A stretch of 64,000 nucleotides of DNA from Bacteroidota bacterium. Its GTDB lineage: Bacteria; Bacteroidota; Bacteroidia; AKYH767-A; 2013-40CM-41-45. The notes below the pieces were generated by a model that ran no database searches, was not told the origin of the DNA, and saw only the letters and a program-made list of their open reading frames with translations. Location: contig JANNBB010000034.1 in the NCBI GenBank assembly GCA_031385005.1, positions 1,026 to 65,025 of the forward strand, given 5' to 3'. This document shows positions 20,339-30,341 of the stretch, one piece after another (positions within the stretch are counted from its first letter, which is position 1; every line of letters begins with the position of its first letter). The translations under genes were made by a program, and so were the position numbers.

Positions 20339-20965
20339 CTATAATTTCTTTACAGCATTTTTTAGGTGATTATAAACGCTACTAATTTCCTCGCTGAAAT
20401 TTGAATATTTCTTTCCTGCTTTTTCAAATTTCTCTTCCGCTTTATTCAGAAACTGATCAATTTCAATTTTAGCATTGAGCATTTCTTTTTGAAACCCTTC
20501 TTTTACCTGAAAAGATTTATCTTCAAACTTCATTTTCAGCATTTCGAGTTTTAATTTAAACTTTTCAACTTCTTCGTTGAATTCGCTTAACTTTTCATTC
20601 CATTCAGGATTGCTTCTATACTCATTTTGAAGATCGTGAATAGCATGAACAATTTTTTTTCTTTGTTCTTCAAATAACTCCTTCCCTTCTGCTTTTCCAA
20701 GAGATAGTTGAAGTTGCAATTCTTCCAGCTTACCTTTCATTTTCATAAATGCATCCTGTCCGGCTTCTTCGGTTTTAACAAAAGAATTTTTCCATTCATT
20801 TGACTTTGTATTAAATTCCTTTTTTATTTCCTCAAATTTTGAAGTTGCTTCGGCTTTCCCAAGTGAAAACTGCACAGCTAACTCTTCAACTTCCTGCTGT
20901 GTAGCTTTTAATATTTTGCTGATTCGTTCAGCAAATGAAATGGGTTGATTCTTCTTTTCTTCCAT
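20339..20965 (-). CDS. Hypothetical highly charged helical protein with an internal repeat
   Basis: E/K-rich; EELAVQFSLGKAE and EELQLQLSLGKAE repeat. ATG 20965 chosen over TTG 20971. Confidence 0.75.
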   Translation of the reverse strand: MEEKKNQPISFAERISKILKATQQEVEELAVQFSLGKAEATSKFEEIKKEFNTKSNEWKNSFVKTEEAGQDAFMKMKGKLEELQLQLSLGKAEGKELFEEQRKKIVHAIHDLQNEYRSNPEWNEKLSEFNEEVEKFKLKLEMLKMKFEDKSFQVKEGFQKEMLNAKIEIDQFLNKAEEKFEKAGKKYSNFSEEISSVYNHLKNAVKKL

Positions 20966-21039
20966 GATCAATTTATTTAAACAATATTCTAATGAAGTAT
21001 TGTCTGCTGCAAAGATGATTAATTTTTTTGTCCATTTTC

Positions 21040-21053
21040 ATGATTAAAATCAT
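21040..21053. promoter_or_regulatory. CRP/FNR-type box ATGAT-N4-ATCAT
   Basis: ATGATTAAAATCAT in the divergent intergenic region, centred about 36 nt from the end of a minus-strand CATCTTTG -7-like element (21010-21017). Confidence 0.55.
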
Positions 21054-21187
21054 AAATGATGTTAAACTATTTGAAAAATAAATCTAAATTATAGTATTTT
21101 ATCGTTGATAAAACTGAAAACATTTAAAATAGAGAGGCTCAAAATTATATATCTTTCACCAAATTAATTAACAGCGTTTCACAGCGG

Positions 21188-21778
21188 ATGAATAAAACTG
21201 CCTACAAAATAATCAATGGAATTACTCTATACCGGCTGTTAGCCGCTCCTTTTTTATTTTATCTGGCATTTACAGGTCGCATCGATTTATTCAAATGGCT
21301 ATTACCGGTAAGCTTCTTTACCGACTTAATTGATGGGTTTCTGGCAAGAAAATTTAAAGTAACAAGTGAAATGGGGTCACGCCTTGATTCAATAGCGGAT
21401 GATCTGACTATTCTTGCCTCGATTGCAGCGCTCTTTTTGTTTAAACAGGAATTTACAAAAGAACAGGCATTTATTTTAACAATTCTTTTTTCGCTTTTTG
21501 TGATTCAAATTCTGGTATCTCTCATCCGTTATCGTAAAACGACCAGTTTCCATACCTATCTGGCAAAAGCATCCGCCATTTTACAAGGCTCGTTTCTCAT
21601 TCTTATGTTTTTGCTTCCCTATCCTATATACTGGCTATTTTATCTGGCCTCATTTGTTACATTACTTGAATTAATTGAAGAAATTATTCTTGTTATTCTG
21701 TTACCAAAATGGCAAATCAACGTAAGAGGACTCTATTGGGTTTTGAAAAACTCTACAAGCCAACCGAAAAAGCTATAA
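21188..21778 (+). CDS. CDP-alcohol phosphatidyltransferase family protein
   Basis: NGITLYR and TDLIDGFLARK...GSRLDSIAD signature; multiple TM segments. Confidence 0.9.
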   Translation: MNKTAYKIINGITLYRLLAAPFLFYLAFTGRIDLFKWLLPVSFFTDLIDGFLARKFKVTSEMGSRLDSIADDLTILASIAALFLFKQEFTKEQAFILTILFSLFVIQILVSLIRYRKTTSFHTYLAKASAILQGSFLILMFLLPYPIYWLFYLASFVTLLELIEEIILVILLPKWQINVRGLYWVLKNSTSQPKKL

Positions 21779-21894
21779 TAATACAATCCGACTTGCCTTA
21801 AATAAAATATCGGTTAATAAAAAAAGGAAGATTACATTGCAACAATCCTGTAAAATTAGTAACTTAACTAAAATCATTAATAAATTTCATAAAC

Positions 21895-22530
21895 ATGTTA
21901 TTTAAAAGTAGAGAACACGCAGCAAATAGCATGATACCTTTCCTTAAAAAATATAAGGATGATGATGCTGTTATATTAGCTATTCCTAAAGGCGGACTTC
22001 CAATCGGAGCTACAATTGCCAAACATTTCTCTTTTCCGCTCGACATACTTCTGACAAAGAAGATTGGTCATCCTACTGATCCCGAATGGGCTGTTGGAGC
22101 CATTAGTCTCGAAGGGTTGGTGGTAAATAAAACAATTAAATTACCGGAAGACTACATTGAAACAGAAGCAAAAATCATTCGTAAAAGCCTTTTAGCTAAA
22201 TATAAACTATACATGGGCAACAGAAAGCCCATTGATCTTGCAGGCAAAACAGTAATTATAGTAGATGATGGAGTTGCCACAGGCAATACATTAAAAGCTA
22301 CAATTGCCATGTTACGCAATAAGAGCCCGAAGAAAATTATCATTGCCATACCGGTTGCTCCTCCTGATTCAGCCAATGAATTAAAAAAACTAGTAGATGA
22401 TTTTATTTGTCTTCGAACGCCTTCTGATTTTTTATCGGTAGAACAGTTTTATTTTGATTTCACAGATATTACAGAAAAAAATGCCATCGCATTCCTGAAA
22501 GAAACAAATGAAAATGCACTATCGAAATAA
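21895..22530 (+). CDS. Phosphoribosyltransferase family protein
   Basis: LAIPKGG, KKIGHP, PRPP-binding loop IIVDDGVATG. Confidence 0.88.
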   Translation: MLFKSREHAANSMIPFLKKYKDDDAVILAIPKGGLPIGATIAKHFSFPLDILLTKKIGHPTDPEWAVGAISLEGLVVNKTIKLPEDYIETEAKIIRKSLLAKYKLYMGNRKPIDLAGKTVIIVDDGVATGNTLKATIAMLRNKSPKKIIIAIPVAPPDSANELKKLVDDFICLRTPSDFLSVEQFYFDFTDITEKNAIAFLKETNENALSK

Positions 22531-22651
22531 GTGTATTGTTTACTTTGACTTGATTACAATAGCTATTATTAAATATTTCTCTGTAAAACCAAAAGTATTT
22601 TTTTTTAGTCTTCCAAACAGAATTTAAAATAAAGCTGTTTCTATTCTAAAA

Positions 22652-23038
22652 TTATCCTTGAACAGAATGCAAACCAATACGGTTGTCTTCTGTATCAATG
22701 AAAACACCCATGTAACCATATTCAGGGGAAATTTGTGTCTTGGGAACTACTATTTTTCCACCGGCACCTTCGACTCGATTGAGGATAATCTGTACATCAG
22801 GATTTCCGTTTAGATAAATTAAAGGCCCCAAAGTTGAAGATGGTTTATAAAATTCAGTATGATGAACAAGTGAACCGCCAATATTCATCATGTCCTCAAT
22901 AGGAAACAATCTCATGCGAAGATTTGGGGTATCCATTGGAATTAGTTTAATGTCGAATATCGCTTCATAAAATGATGTAGCACGATCTAAGTCGACAGTT
23001 GGTATTTCAAACCAACTAATAGCATGTTTAAAAACCAT
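22652..23038 (-). CDS. VOC/glyoxalase family protein
   Basis: ISWFEIP...DLDRATSFY, GGKIVVPKT, FIDTEDNRIGLHS. Confidence 0.88.
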   Translation of the reverse strand: MVFKHAISWFEIPTVDLDRATSFYEAIFDIKLIPMDTPNLRMRLFPIEDMMNIGGSLVHHTEFYKPSSTLGPLIYLNGNPDVQIILNRVEGAGGKIVVPKTQISPEYGYMGVFIDTEDNRIGLHSVQG

Positions 23039-23113
23039 TTGAATTAAGCTTAAAATTTGTTATTCGAATAATGTTAATTGAAATCAAAATATCAATAAAT
23101 TTCAGAAATACTT

Positions 23114-24181
23114 TTACTTCAAAATCAATCTAAATGTTTTATTAATATCGCTTGTAAGAACATTGACAAAATATATTCCTGATGGTATAATCTGCTGTCC
23201 GGATAAAACAGGAAATATATTTTCTCCATCATCTCCAAAAAATGATTTCTCGATAATTTGCTTTCCGGTTATACTTAATAATCTCAACTTAACTTCATAC
23301 GAATTTTTCATATTCAATCGAACAAAAGATTGATTGTTTGCGGGATTTGGAAATATTATACAATCAGTTATACTCTCAAGCTCATTAACTGAAACAGTAT
23401 TGAAACCAAAAAAAGTAACTGTATTATTTCCTGCATTTGGAATTGCGAGGGTATCGCTAAGAACATTATAAAAAAGATCGGCAGGGTTGTTTAATGAACT
23501 TACAATTGCTACAGGAGGATTGGAAAAAGAACTATCAAACATCACCACACTTTGATTGCTCCAATTGGAAACATAATAGCGACCATGACCATCACGTGCA
23601 ATTCCATCACAACTTCCCAAAGTCGTAGTAACTACGACTGAGACAGTAAAAGTAGAGAGATCTATTGCTTTTATTGGCGCATTAGAACCCCAGTTTACAA
23701 ACACACATCGGTTATTGAACTCATCGTAAATAATTCCATTAGGAGATTGAACCAGTGCACTTGCAATTAGTGTATCCTGTTGCGAAGCAATATTTATTTT
23801 ATAAATAGTCTTAGCAGAGAAATCGGTTACATATAAATTTCCGGATAAATCATGGGTAATACCGTTTAGAAATGTTGCACCCAGATTCACATTGAAAACC
23901 GGACTGGCATTGGATAATAAATAACCTTTTATGGTACTTCCGCTACAACAGTAAAGTGTATCTCCAACAATTTCGATTCCATACGGTCCACTAACAAGTC
24001 CGCTTACAAAGACAGACAAATTTCCCGTTGAATCTCTTTGCAGTACCTGATGACTTTGGGTATTGGCGATTAGCCATCTGTTATTTGCATAATCAAATTC
24101 CACACTTTCGGGACCTGAATAGGTTTGACCGAAAGAATAAATAGATATCCAGAATAAGATGAGAGTAAATGTCGATTTCAT
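23114..24181 (-). CDS. Secreted beta-propeller (SMP-30/gluconolactonase-like) with T9SS type A CTD
   Basis: GPESV, NGITHD, PNGII, DGIARD blades; IFPNPA...GIYFV...KTFRLILK. Confidence 0.8.
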   Translation of the reverse strand: MKSTFTLILFWISIYSFGQTYSGPESVEFDYANNRWLIANTQSHQVLQRDSTGNLSVFVSGLVSGPYGIEIVGDTLYCCSGSTIKGYLLSNASPVFNVNLGATFLNGITHDLSGNLYVTDFSAKTIYKINIASQQDTLIASALVQSPNGIIYDEFNNRCVFVNWGSNAPIKAIDLSTFTVSVVVTTTLGSCDGIARDGHGRYYVSNWSNQSVVMFDSSFSNPPVAIVSSLNNPADLFYNVLSDTLAIPNAGNNTVTFFGFNTVSVNELESITDCIIFPNPANNQSFVRLNMKNSYEVKLRLLSITGKQIIEKSFFGDDGENIFPVLSGQQIIPSGIYFVNVLTSDINKTFRLILK

Positions 24182-24363
24182 AAATAAGATTTAAGGCAAA
24201 GAAAAGAAAAATCAGGCATATAATCAGTCATGTTCAACAATTCTATGCTCATTTATCGGAAGAAATATAAGCGATGGAATCCCCTAAAGGACAAGATGCT
24301 CTCTCGAAGATCCCTTCGAACGTGGCTTATTATAAATTCAAGGTTGAAAGCCACTATTAATCC

Positions 24364-24394
24364 AAAAAAAATCCCGCTTTGTGAGCGGGATTTT
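24364..24394 (-). terminator. Intrinsic terminator
   Basis: AAAATCCCGCT-ttgtg-AGCGGGATTTT hairpin with an A8 run (U tract on the minus strand), just downstream of the 24413 stop. Confidence 0.85.
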
Positions 24395-24412
24395 CCAAGC
24401 GTTCATTTGGTA

Positions 24413-25783
24413 TTAGTTTTTTGTAAACGTGCCGCGTTGAGTATCGTTTCCGGCAGATAAGGTATAAAAATATATGCCTGCATTCAGTGCAGATATATTA
24501 AATCTTAACTCGCCATTACTTCCCGAAATATTGTTGCATTGTATATTTCGTCCGGCAAGATCAAAGATTTTTACAGAAAGATTTTTATCTGACTTATTAT
24601 TCCATTTGATATTTACGATATCCGTAGCAGGATTCGGAAAGGCAAAAGTAAGTGTTCCGGAGTTTTCTGTTTTTTGGACACCTGTACTTAATTGTGATTT
24701 CAACGCCATATCATCAATTATTAATGTACTTCCAACAGATGATGGACTTGTAGGATATTTTGAAGATGAAATATCAATACGCAGGGTATCCGGTGTTGAC
24801 AGTGAATTGACAGGAATTTCAAAATAAGTAAAAGTAGCCGCCGGAGGAAGATAGATTCCACTGCCGCCAATTTGATTTCCGTTACTGAATAAAGATACAC
24901 CGACAGATGCACTATCAGGTCCGCTTGCAGCATATTTGTAATAACCGATAATCGTATCATTCATCGACGAATAATGTATTCCACCAAAATATCCTTGTGG
25001 AGATTGTTGTCCGTTAGTCATATGAGATGCTTCAACACTGCCATTTCCCCAATCTATAGTTACTAACTGAACAGCATAAGTACCAGTATGGCTATCCGTA
25101 GTCCGAGTGACATTTCCATTCGTCACCCAACCAACAATATTATCGATACTCGCTGTATTCCAGTTATCGAAAGAATTATTCGGAATTAAAACGGAAGCAC
25201 CGGAGAATGTTAGTTCATCAATTTCGATAAAACTTCCCGGCTCGATACCAACCTGATCAATCAGGTTACTGGAGGCAATTGCGATGATAACAGAATCGGG
25301 CATGGAAGATAAAGTAAGAGGTAAATAGAAAGGAACAAAAGTGTTTTGCGTTCCTGTACCTTTAATTTTGAATATATCCGTATTAATGGTAGTACCACCG
25401 CTTTTAAAGGTAACAAAGAGGATAGCGGAATCGTTTCCGGGAATACTATATCTCCAATAACCGGAAATGGCCGTGGGCATTTGAGAGCAAGGAAACCCTC
25501 CTTGCCCACCCATTGGATCACCGATGGTAATGTAGGCCTGAAGCGTATCGCTACCGGACAGAATTGTTTCCATTCTAACAGCGCTATTTGTTAAACCAAT
25601 TACTTGTGTTACAGGAGTAATACCTGATCCGCTAACAGCTTCACCGTTGCTGCAATCCCAACCCAATGGAATGCTATAGGTTTGAGAATTCCATCCTTCA
25701 AAATCGCCATTCAATACCTGAGCTGATGAAGTAAAAGGAAGTAAAGCCATCCAGGTAAAAAGAGTAATAATTTGTTTTTTCAT
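24413..25783 (-). CDS. T9SS type A secreted protein with two tandem carbohydrate-binding-like (PCMD-like) domains
   Basis: Signal MKKQIITLF...SSAQ (ATG 25783); repeated LNGDFEGWN / PNNSFDNWN ... GYxxY...DSA ... IDEL/IDDM; FPNPA...GIYFY CTD. Confidence 0.78.
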   Translation of the reverse strand: MKKQIITLFTWMALLPFTSSAQVLNGDFEGWNSQTYSIPLGWDCSNGEAVSGSGITPVTQVIGLTNSAVRMETILSGSDTLQAYITIGDPMGGQGGFPCSQMPTAISGYWRYSIPGNDSAILFVTFKSGGTTINTDIFKIKGTGTQNTFVPFYLPLTLSSMPDSVIIAIASSNLIDQVGIEPGSFIEIDELTFSGASVLIPNNSFDNWNTASIDNIVGWVTNGNVTRTTDSHTGTYAVQLVTIDWGNGSVEASHMTNGQQSPQGYFGGIHYSSMNDTIIGYYKYAASGPDSASVGVSLFSNGNQIGGSGIYLPPAATFTYFEIPVNSLSTPDTLRIDISSSKYPTSPSSVGSTLIIDDMALKSQLSTGVQKTENSGTLTFAFPNPATDIVNIKWNNKSDKNLSVKIFDLAGRNIQCNNISGSNGELRFNISALNAGIYFYTLSAGNDTQRGTFTKN

Positions 25784-26139
25784 TGTAATTAATATTTGTT
25801 TTAGATTTTGTGTGAGCAATATTTTATACGTTGTATTACACCTTTAGCTGTCAAAAGTTTTCAAATTGTCAAATTGATAAATCTTCGACTTTGTAAGAAA
25901 TCAAAAGGCAAACCGGCATGTAGTTCGAAAATATTTAATAAAAAACCGTCTTTAAACTGAATCAGGAAAAAAATGCAGATTAAAATAATAGAAATATTGT
26001 AAGATTAAACTTGAAAAAGCGCAATAAAAGCAATTTAAAATTAGTATTCCTCAATTCCTATCATAAAGAATCCATAATTACTTCACTATTCGCGTCCGGC
26101 TAAAAAGTCCATCTTGAAATGAAAAATTATCACCCTGTC

Positions 26140-26171
26140 AAAAAAAAACCGAAATAATTAAAGTTCGGTTT
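26140..26171 (-). terminator. Intrinsic terminator candidate
   Basis: AAACCGAA-N10-TTCGGTTT with an A9 run (U tract on the minus strand), 7 nt after the 26179 stop. Confidence 0.6.
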
Positions 26172-26178
26172 GGAATTT

Positions 26179-27333
26179 TTATCGTGTCACAGATAAGAGT
26201 AGAGAATTTCGTCGGTCTGCATCTGTAAAAATCATAATAGCATAAAGGCCTATGGCCATATCATCTGTTTCCAGTCGAAATTCTTTTCCGGAGTTTTGCA
26301 GAGAAAACTCTTTAACAATTTTTCCGGATAAATCTGTTATTACTATTTTAACATTTGCCAATTCGATATCCGATTTCAGAATTGTAAAGGAGTTTGCGGG
26401 ATTTGGATAAGCAAACATTTCCATGGATGGTAACTCTTCTGAAATTGCTTCTGCTGCAAGTCGAGGTGCAATTATGTAGGATGATAAATCAACAGAATAT
26501 AAATAATTACCGTAACCATTATCCTCATCAACTATACAAATTTTTGTATTTGAACAAAATGAGACACCTTCCTTTTGCGTGTAGCTTCCATCGATTGAAA
26601 TTTTCGTGCAATGACCGTTAAAAACATTTGTTCCGGTGAAGTCGCGAAACAAATAAATTTTCGTGTTGCTAATTAAAACAACTGAAGAACCATCCGGACT
26701 AATATCCGCTGAGGTAATTCTGCCATACACGGCAAAACTATCTACCAATGTGGCCACATATGTTCCTGGCACATCTGGTACTGTATAAAGTTTTGTATAT
26801 GCAGTTGCACTACCATCGCCTTTAGTAAAAATATACAATTTTCCATTTCGGTGAAAAAAACTTTCTGCATCAAAATTCAACCACGTTGAAGGGAAGCGAC
26901 GTTGATCGGGATATGAAAAACGAATTGTCGAAGCAGCTACTGTACTGCCGGCAACTGATGAGGGATATTGAATTCGTTGAATTTTTAAATCTGTACGTCC
27001 GTGACTGTTGTTACCAAAATCACCAATGAACATGTAAGTACGCGCTGCATCGTGTGTAATTTCTTCCCAATCCATATTTGTTACACCAGTAACTGTAACA
27101 GTACGAGAAAGAGTTGCTAAACTGCTTATTTTATAAAGATTATTGTCGCCATAGCCATCGTTATGTGTCCAATAACTGGAGCCGCCTGTGAAATCAAGGC
27201 CGGAAGCTTCTGGAATATTTGAAGCAACTTTTCCCATTTTTACAGCAACAATTGCATTCACAGTAATGCTGCTAAATGCCAGTGATACAAAAACGAAAAT
27301 TAAACAGGTAACAAATTGAAGATTTTTTATCAT
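26179..27333 (-). CDS. T9SS type A secreted beta-propeller protein
   Basis: EASGL, WTHNDG, DWEEI, IGDFGNN, FDAES, ITSADISPDG, QKEGV; YPNPA CTD. Confidence 0.8.
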   Translation of the reverse strand: MIKNLQFVTCLIFVFVSLAFSSITVNAIVAVKMGKVASNIPEASGLDFTGGSSYWTHNDGYGDNNLYKISSLATLSRTVTVTGVTNMDWEEITHDAARTYMFIGDFGNNSHGRTDLKIQRIQYPSSVAGSTVAASTIRFSYPDQRRFPSTWLNFDAESFFHRNGKLYIFTKGDGSATAYTKLYTVPDVPGTYVATLVDSFAVYGRITSADISPDGSSVVLISNTKIYLFRDFTGTNVFNGHCTKISIDGSYTQKEGVSFCSNTKICIVDEDNGYGNYLYSVDLSSYIIAPRLAAEAISEELPSMEMFAYPNPANSFTILKSDIELANVKIVITDLSGKIVKEFSLQNSGKEFRLETDDMAIGLYAIMIFTDADRRNSLLLSVTR

Positions 27334-27748
27334 GGTTTTTATTAATAATATTTCAGTCGTAACTTGAATTATTAAGACGGTGCGAAATAATCTAAAAAAT
27401 TAGGTTTAAAAATGAAGGCAGGTACACACAACATCTCTAAAACGCCCTGTTTTAGAGGTGTTTAAGCCGATCCAATCATCTTAATTTAAACTCCAAAATT
27501 GAAAAGACCTATAAACATTGAATTTCAGGGGCTTTGCTTCAACCTGTCAGTAAATGTATTGGGCTGAATCCCTTTATTGCCGGGCTTTTTCCATGAGATA
27601 AATCGGGTAATAAGCAACTTTCTCAAAATAACAGAACCTTATACTTTAATATCCCAAAAAAGGTTCACTGTTGAGTCCAACCAAACAAATTTTAATTAAA
27701 AAATAATTAAAACGATAAATGGGTTTATATAAATTAATTGCAAAAATA

Positions 27749-29941
27749 TTATTGCTCCAGAAAAACGCCTTTACGACGACGGTAATTGCAGACGGCTTTG
27801 ATTTCTATGTAGCTGTAATCATCACCTAAAACCTCTTTTAAAATACTGGTCTTTTGATCACCATATTCATCAATTTTTTTAGAAATAACTTCCAACTTTT
27901 CTTTTGACACAAATTTCAATACATTGATATCGCCTGTTTGCACGTAATGCAAAAGGTGTTCTGTTATTGTTCCTTCTGCGAGCTTTCTTAAGTGGGCAAT
28001 TTCACTAATAGAAGTTCCCAGGCAATATAAATCGTAAGTAATTTTTTTAGTCTCGGAAACCGGGGCTTCCTTCTTTGCATTTTTGCCGGAAACACCGTAG
28101 AATGATTTCTTCTCATTCATTCGTGTAGAAAGTTCGTTATTCTTGCAATGCTTGTTGATGACTGATAAAAATTCTTTTCCATACTTGTCGATTTTTATTT
28201 TTCCGAAACCTGAAATATGCGGGAGGTCTTCATAGTTCATAGGTAGGAAAGTTGATAATTCAACCAAAGTCGTGTCGGGAAAAACTATATAAGGCGGTAC
28301 ATTTTCAGCATTCGCAATGGCCATCCTGAGTTGCTTCAATTGATCGAAGAGAACAACGTCGTAATTAGTTGAGCCGGAAGTTGAATATCTGTCTTTGCTT
28401 TCTATTCTGGCAGCTTTCTTTTCTTTTGGAGGATTCAATTCAACCTTTGCATTGTTGTACAGAACATCTCTTCCATTTTCCGTCACGCGTAGAACAGAAA
28501 ATTCACCGTATTGCTCGATGAGACCTCTGTCAAGAAGCTGGCGAAAATAATTTTTCCATTCATCAACCGTAAATTCAGCACCTTTTCCGAAAGTTGGAAG
28601 ATACCTGTGTTCGTCAAACATTTTTTTTGAATCGGAACCTTTTAAAAAATTGACGACATATCCAATGCCAAACTTCTCTTTTAGTCGTACGATAGCTGAA
28701 AGTGCTTTTTGAGCAATGATTGTTCCATCAAATACAGGAAGTGATTTTCCGGAAATACATATATCGCAATTACCGCAAGGGGCATTATAAACTTCATCAA
28801 AATAATTCAAGAGAAATTTTCTTCTGCAAACGTGTGATGAACAAAACTCTGCCATCTGGTTTAATTTTTTCAAATACACCTTTGTTTGTTCAGGATTGCC
28901 TTCGACAGAAATAAAACTTTTCAGCTTATTTAAATCGCCCGAAGAATAAAACAACAAGGCCTGTGCAGGCAGCCCGTCTCGACCGGCCCTTCCGGTTTCC
29001 TGATAATAACCCTCAATATTTTTAGGAAGCGTCGTATGTATTACAAACCTGACATTGGATTTATCTATACCCATTCCAAATGCTATAGTAGCAACCATGA
29101 TCCTTACTTCGTCTTTCTTAAACTGTTCCTGACGCAAACTTCTGGTTGCCGGATCCAACCCTGCATGATAAGCTAAAGCATTATAGCCCCTGTCACTTAA
29201 CCGTTCTGCATAATCTTCCGTATTTTGTCGGGAAAGACAATAGATAATTCCCGAATCGTTTGCATGTTGTTCCAGAAAATCAATGATCTTATTGAAATGA
29301 TCATCCTTATCCTCGATGATGTAACGTATATTTCCTCTGTTGAAACTTGAAATAAATATTTCCGGTTTATGGAGGCGTAATTTTTGAATGATGTCTTTTT
29401 GTGTAAGCTTGTCCGCTGTAGCTGTAAGCGCAATTAAGGGGATATCAGGAAAATTCTCCTTTAATGAATTCAATAAAAGATAATCGGGTCTGAAATCATG
29501 TCCCCAATGAGAGATGCAATGAGCTTCATCGATAGCGAATAAAGAGATGTCTAATCGTTTTAGAAAAGCTATGAAATTATTTAATCCATTATTAAGACGT
29601 TCAGGAGCAATATACAGTAACTTGATTTTCCCCTGCTCTAAATCACTCATCAAATTGTTTTGTCCTTCAGCAGAGATAGACGAATTCAAGAAAGCGGCAT
29701 TTACCCCATTTAACCGGAGTGCATCGACTTGATCTTTCATGAGGGCAATCAGCGGAGAAATGACCACTGTAAGTCCGGGTAACATTAAAGCCGGAACCTG
29801 GTAACAAACCGATTTACCACCACCGGTAGGCATTAGAACCAAACAATCTTTTTTTGCGGCAACTGAACGGATAATATCCTCCTGCATCGGCCGGAATTCT
29901 TCATAGCCGAAATATTTATTCAATACTTGTAAAGCGTTCAT
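27749..29941 (-). CDS. recQ: ATP-dependent DNA helicase RecQ (RQC, HRDC, C-terminal HTH)
   Basis: MPTGGGKS, DEAHCISHWGHDFRP, ALTATA, ATIAFGMGIDK, QETGRAGRDG, Zn-binding CRR...CGNCDIC. Likely start is ATG 29941 (MNALQVL). Confidence 0.96.
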   Translation of the reverse strand: MNALQVLNKYFGYEEFRPMQEDIIRSVAAKKDCLVLMPTGGGKSVCYQVPALMLPGLTVVISPLIALMKDQVDALRLNGVNAAFLNSSISAEGQNNLMSDLEQGKIKLLYIAPERLNNGLNNFIAFLKRLDISLFAIDEAHCISHWGHDFRPDYLLLNSLKENFPDIPLIALTATADKLTQKDIIQKLRLHKPEIFISSFNRGNIRYIIEDKDDHFNKIIDFLEQHANDSGIIYCLSRQNTEDYAERLSDRGYNALAYHAGLDPATRSLRQEQFKKDEVRIMVATIAFGMGIDKSNVRFVIHTTLPKNIEGYYQETGRAGRDGLPAQALLFYSSGDLNKLKSFISVEGNPEQTKVYLKKLNQMAEFCSSHVCRRKFLLNYFDEVYNAPCGNCDICISGKSLPVFDGTIIAQKALSAIVRLKEKFGIGYVVNFLKGSDSKKMFDEHRYLPTFGKGAEFTVDEWKNYFRQLLDRGLIEQYGEFSVLRVTENGRDVLYNNAKVELNPPKEKKAARIESKDRYSTSGSTNYDVVLFDQLKQLRMAIANAENVPPYIVFPDTTLVELSTFLPMNYEDLPHISGFGKIKIDKYGKEFLSVINKHCKNNELSTRMNEKKSFYGVSGKNAKKEAPVSETKKITYDLYCLGTSISEIAHLRKLAEGTITEHLLHYVQTGDINVLKFVSKEKLEVISKKIDEYGDQKTSILKEVLGDDYSYIEIKAVCNYRRRKGVFLEQ

Positions 29942-30312
29942 GCGTGCAAGATAATTCAAAAGAAAGTGATAAAAAATACAGTGTGACAGTTTGCCTAATA
30001 TATTAAGCAAAAATAAATTGACTTTGTTATGAACAGTTTATCTTAATGCCTAATAAACAGCAATGAACTAATTATTTAATCCCTTTAAGACTATACTAAA
30101 GATTAAAGAAAAAGAAACTATACGTAAAAAAGAAAGAAAAGAGTTTGATAAATCAGGTAAAAAATTCAGGCCCGAACATGTTTTTTACAAACCGTCAGGA
30201 TGCTAACTTACTTAATTGAATCCGCACGAGTTTAATGGAGAATTTCAATCCGATTGTGAATTACTTTTAGAAGATATTTTTGTTTAATGTTTTATAATGT
30301 ATAAAGTTTAGA

Positions 30313-30320
30313 TAGATTTG
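30313..30320 (+). promoter_or_regulatory. -7 promoter element TAGATTTG for kup
   Basis: TAnnTTTG match 21 nt before ATG 30342. Confidence 0.55.
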
Positions 30321-30341
30321 TCACTAGAACAAATATATAGA

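Noticed and set aside
24230-24460. 76-aa plus-strand ORF between two T9SS genes
   Set aside because: Runs through the terminator hairpin and into the opposite gene; no motif support.
25905-25930. GGCAAACC resembling a c-di-GMP-I riboswitch
   Set aside because: Lacks the GNRA-capped stem and second hairpin, and is on the wrong strand for the adjacent gene.
27449-27457. GTTTTAGAG, the start of type II-A CRISPR repeats
   Set aside because: Single occurrence inside a hairpin; no repeat-spacer periodicity and no cas genes.
30011-30341. c-di-AMP riboswitch upstream of kup
   Set aside because: No recognisable ydaO consensus or terminator; the likely promoter is only about 20 nt from the start.
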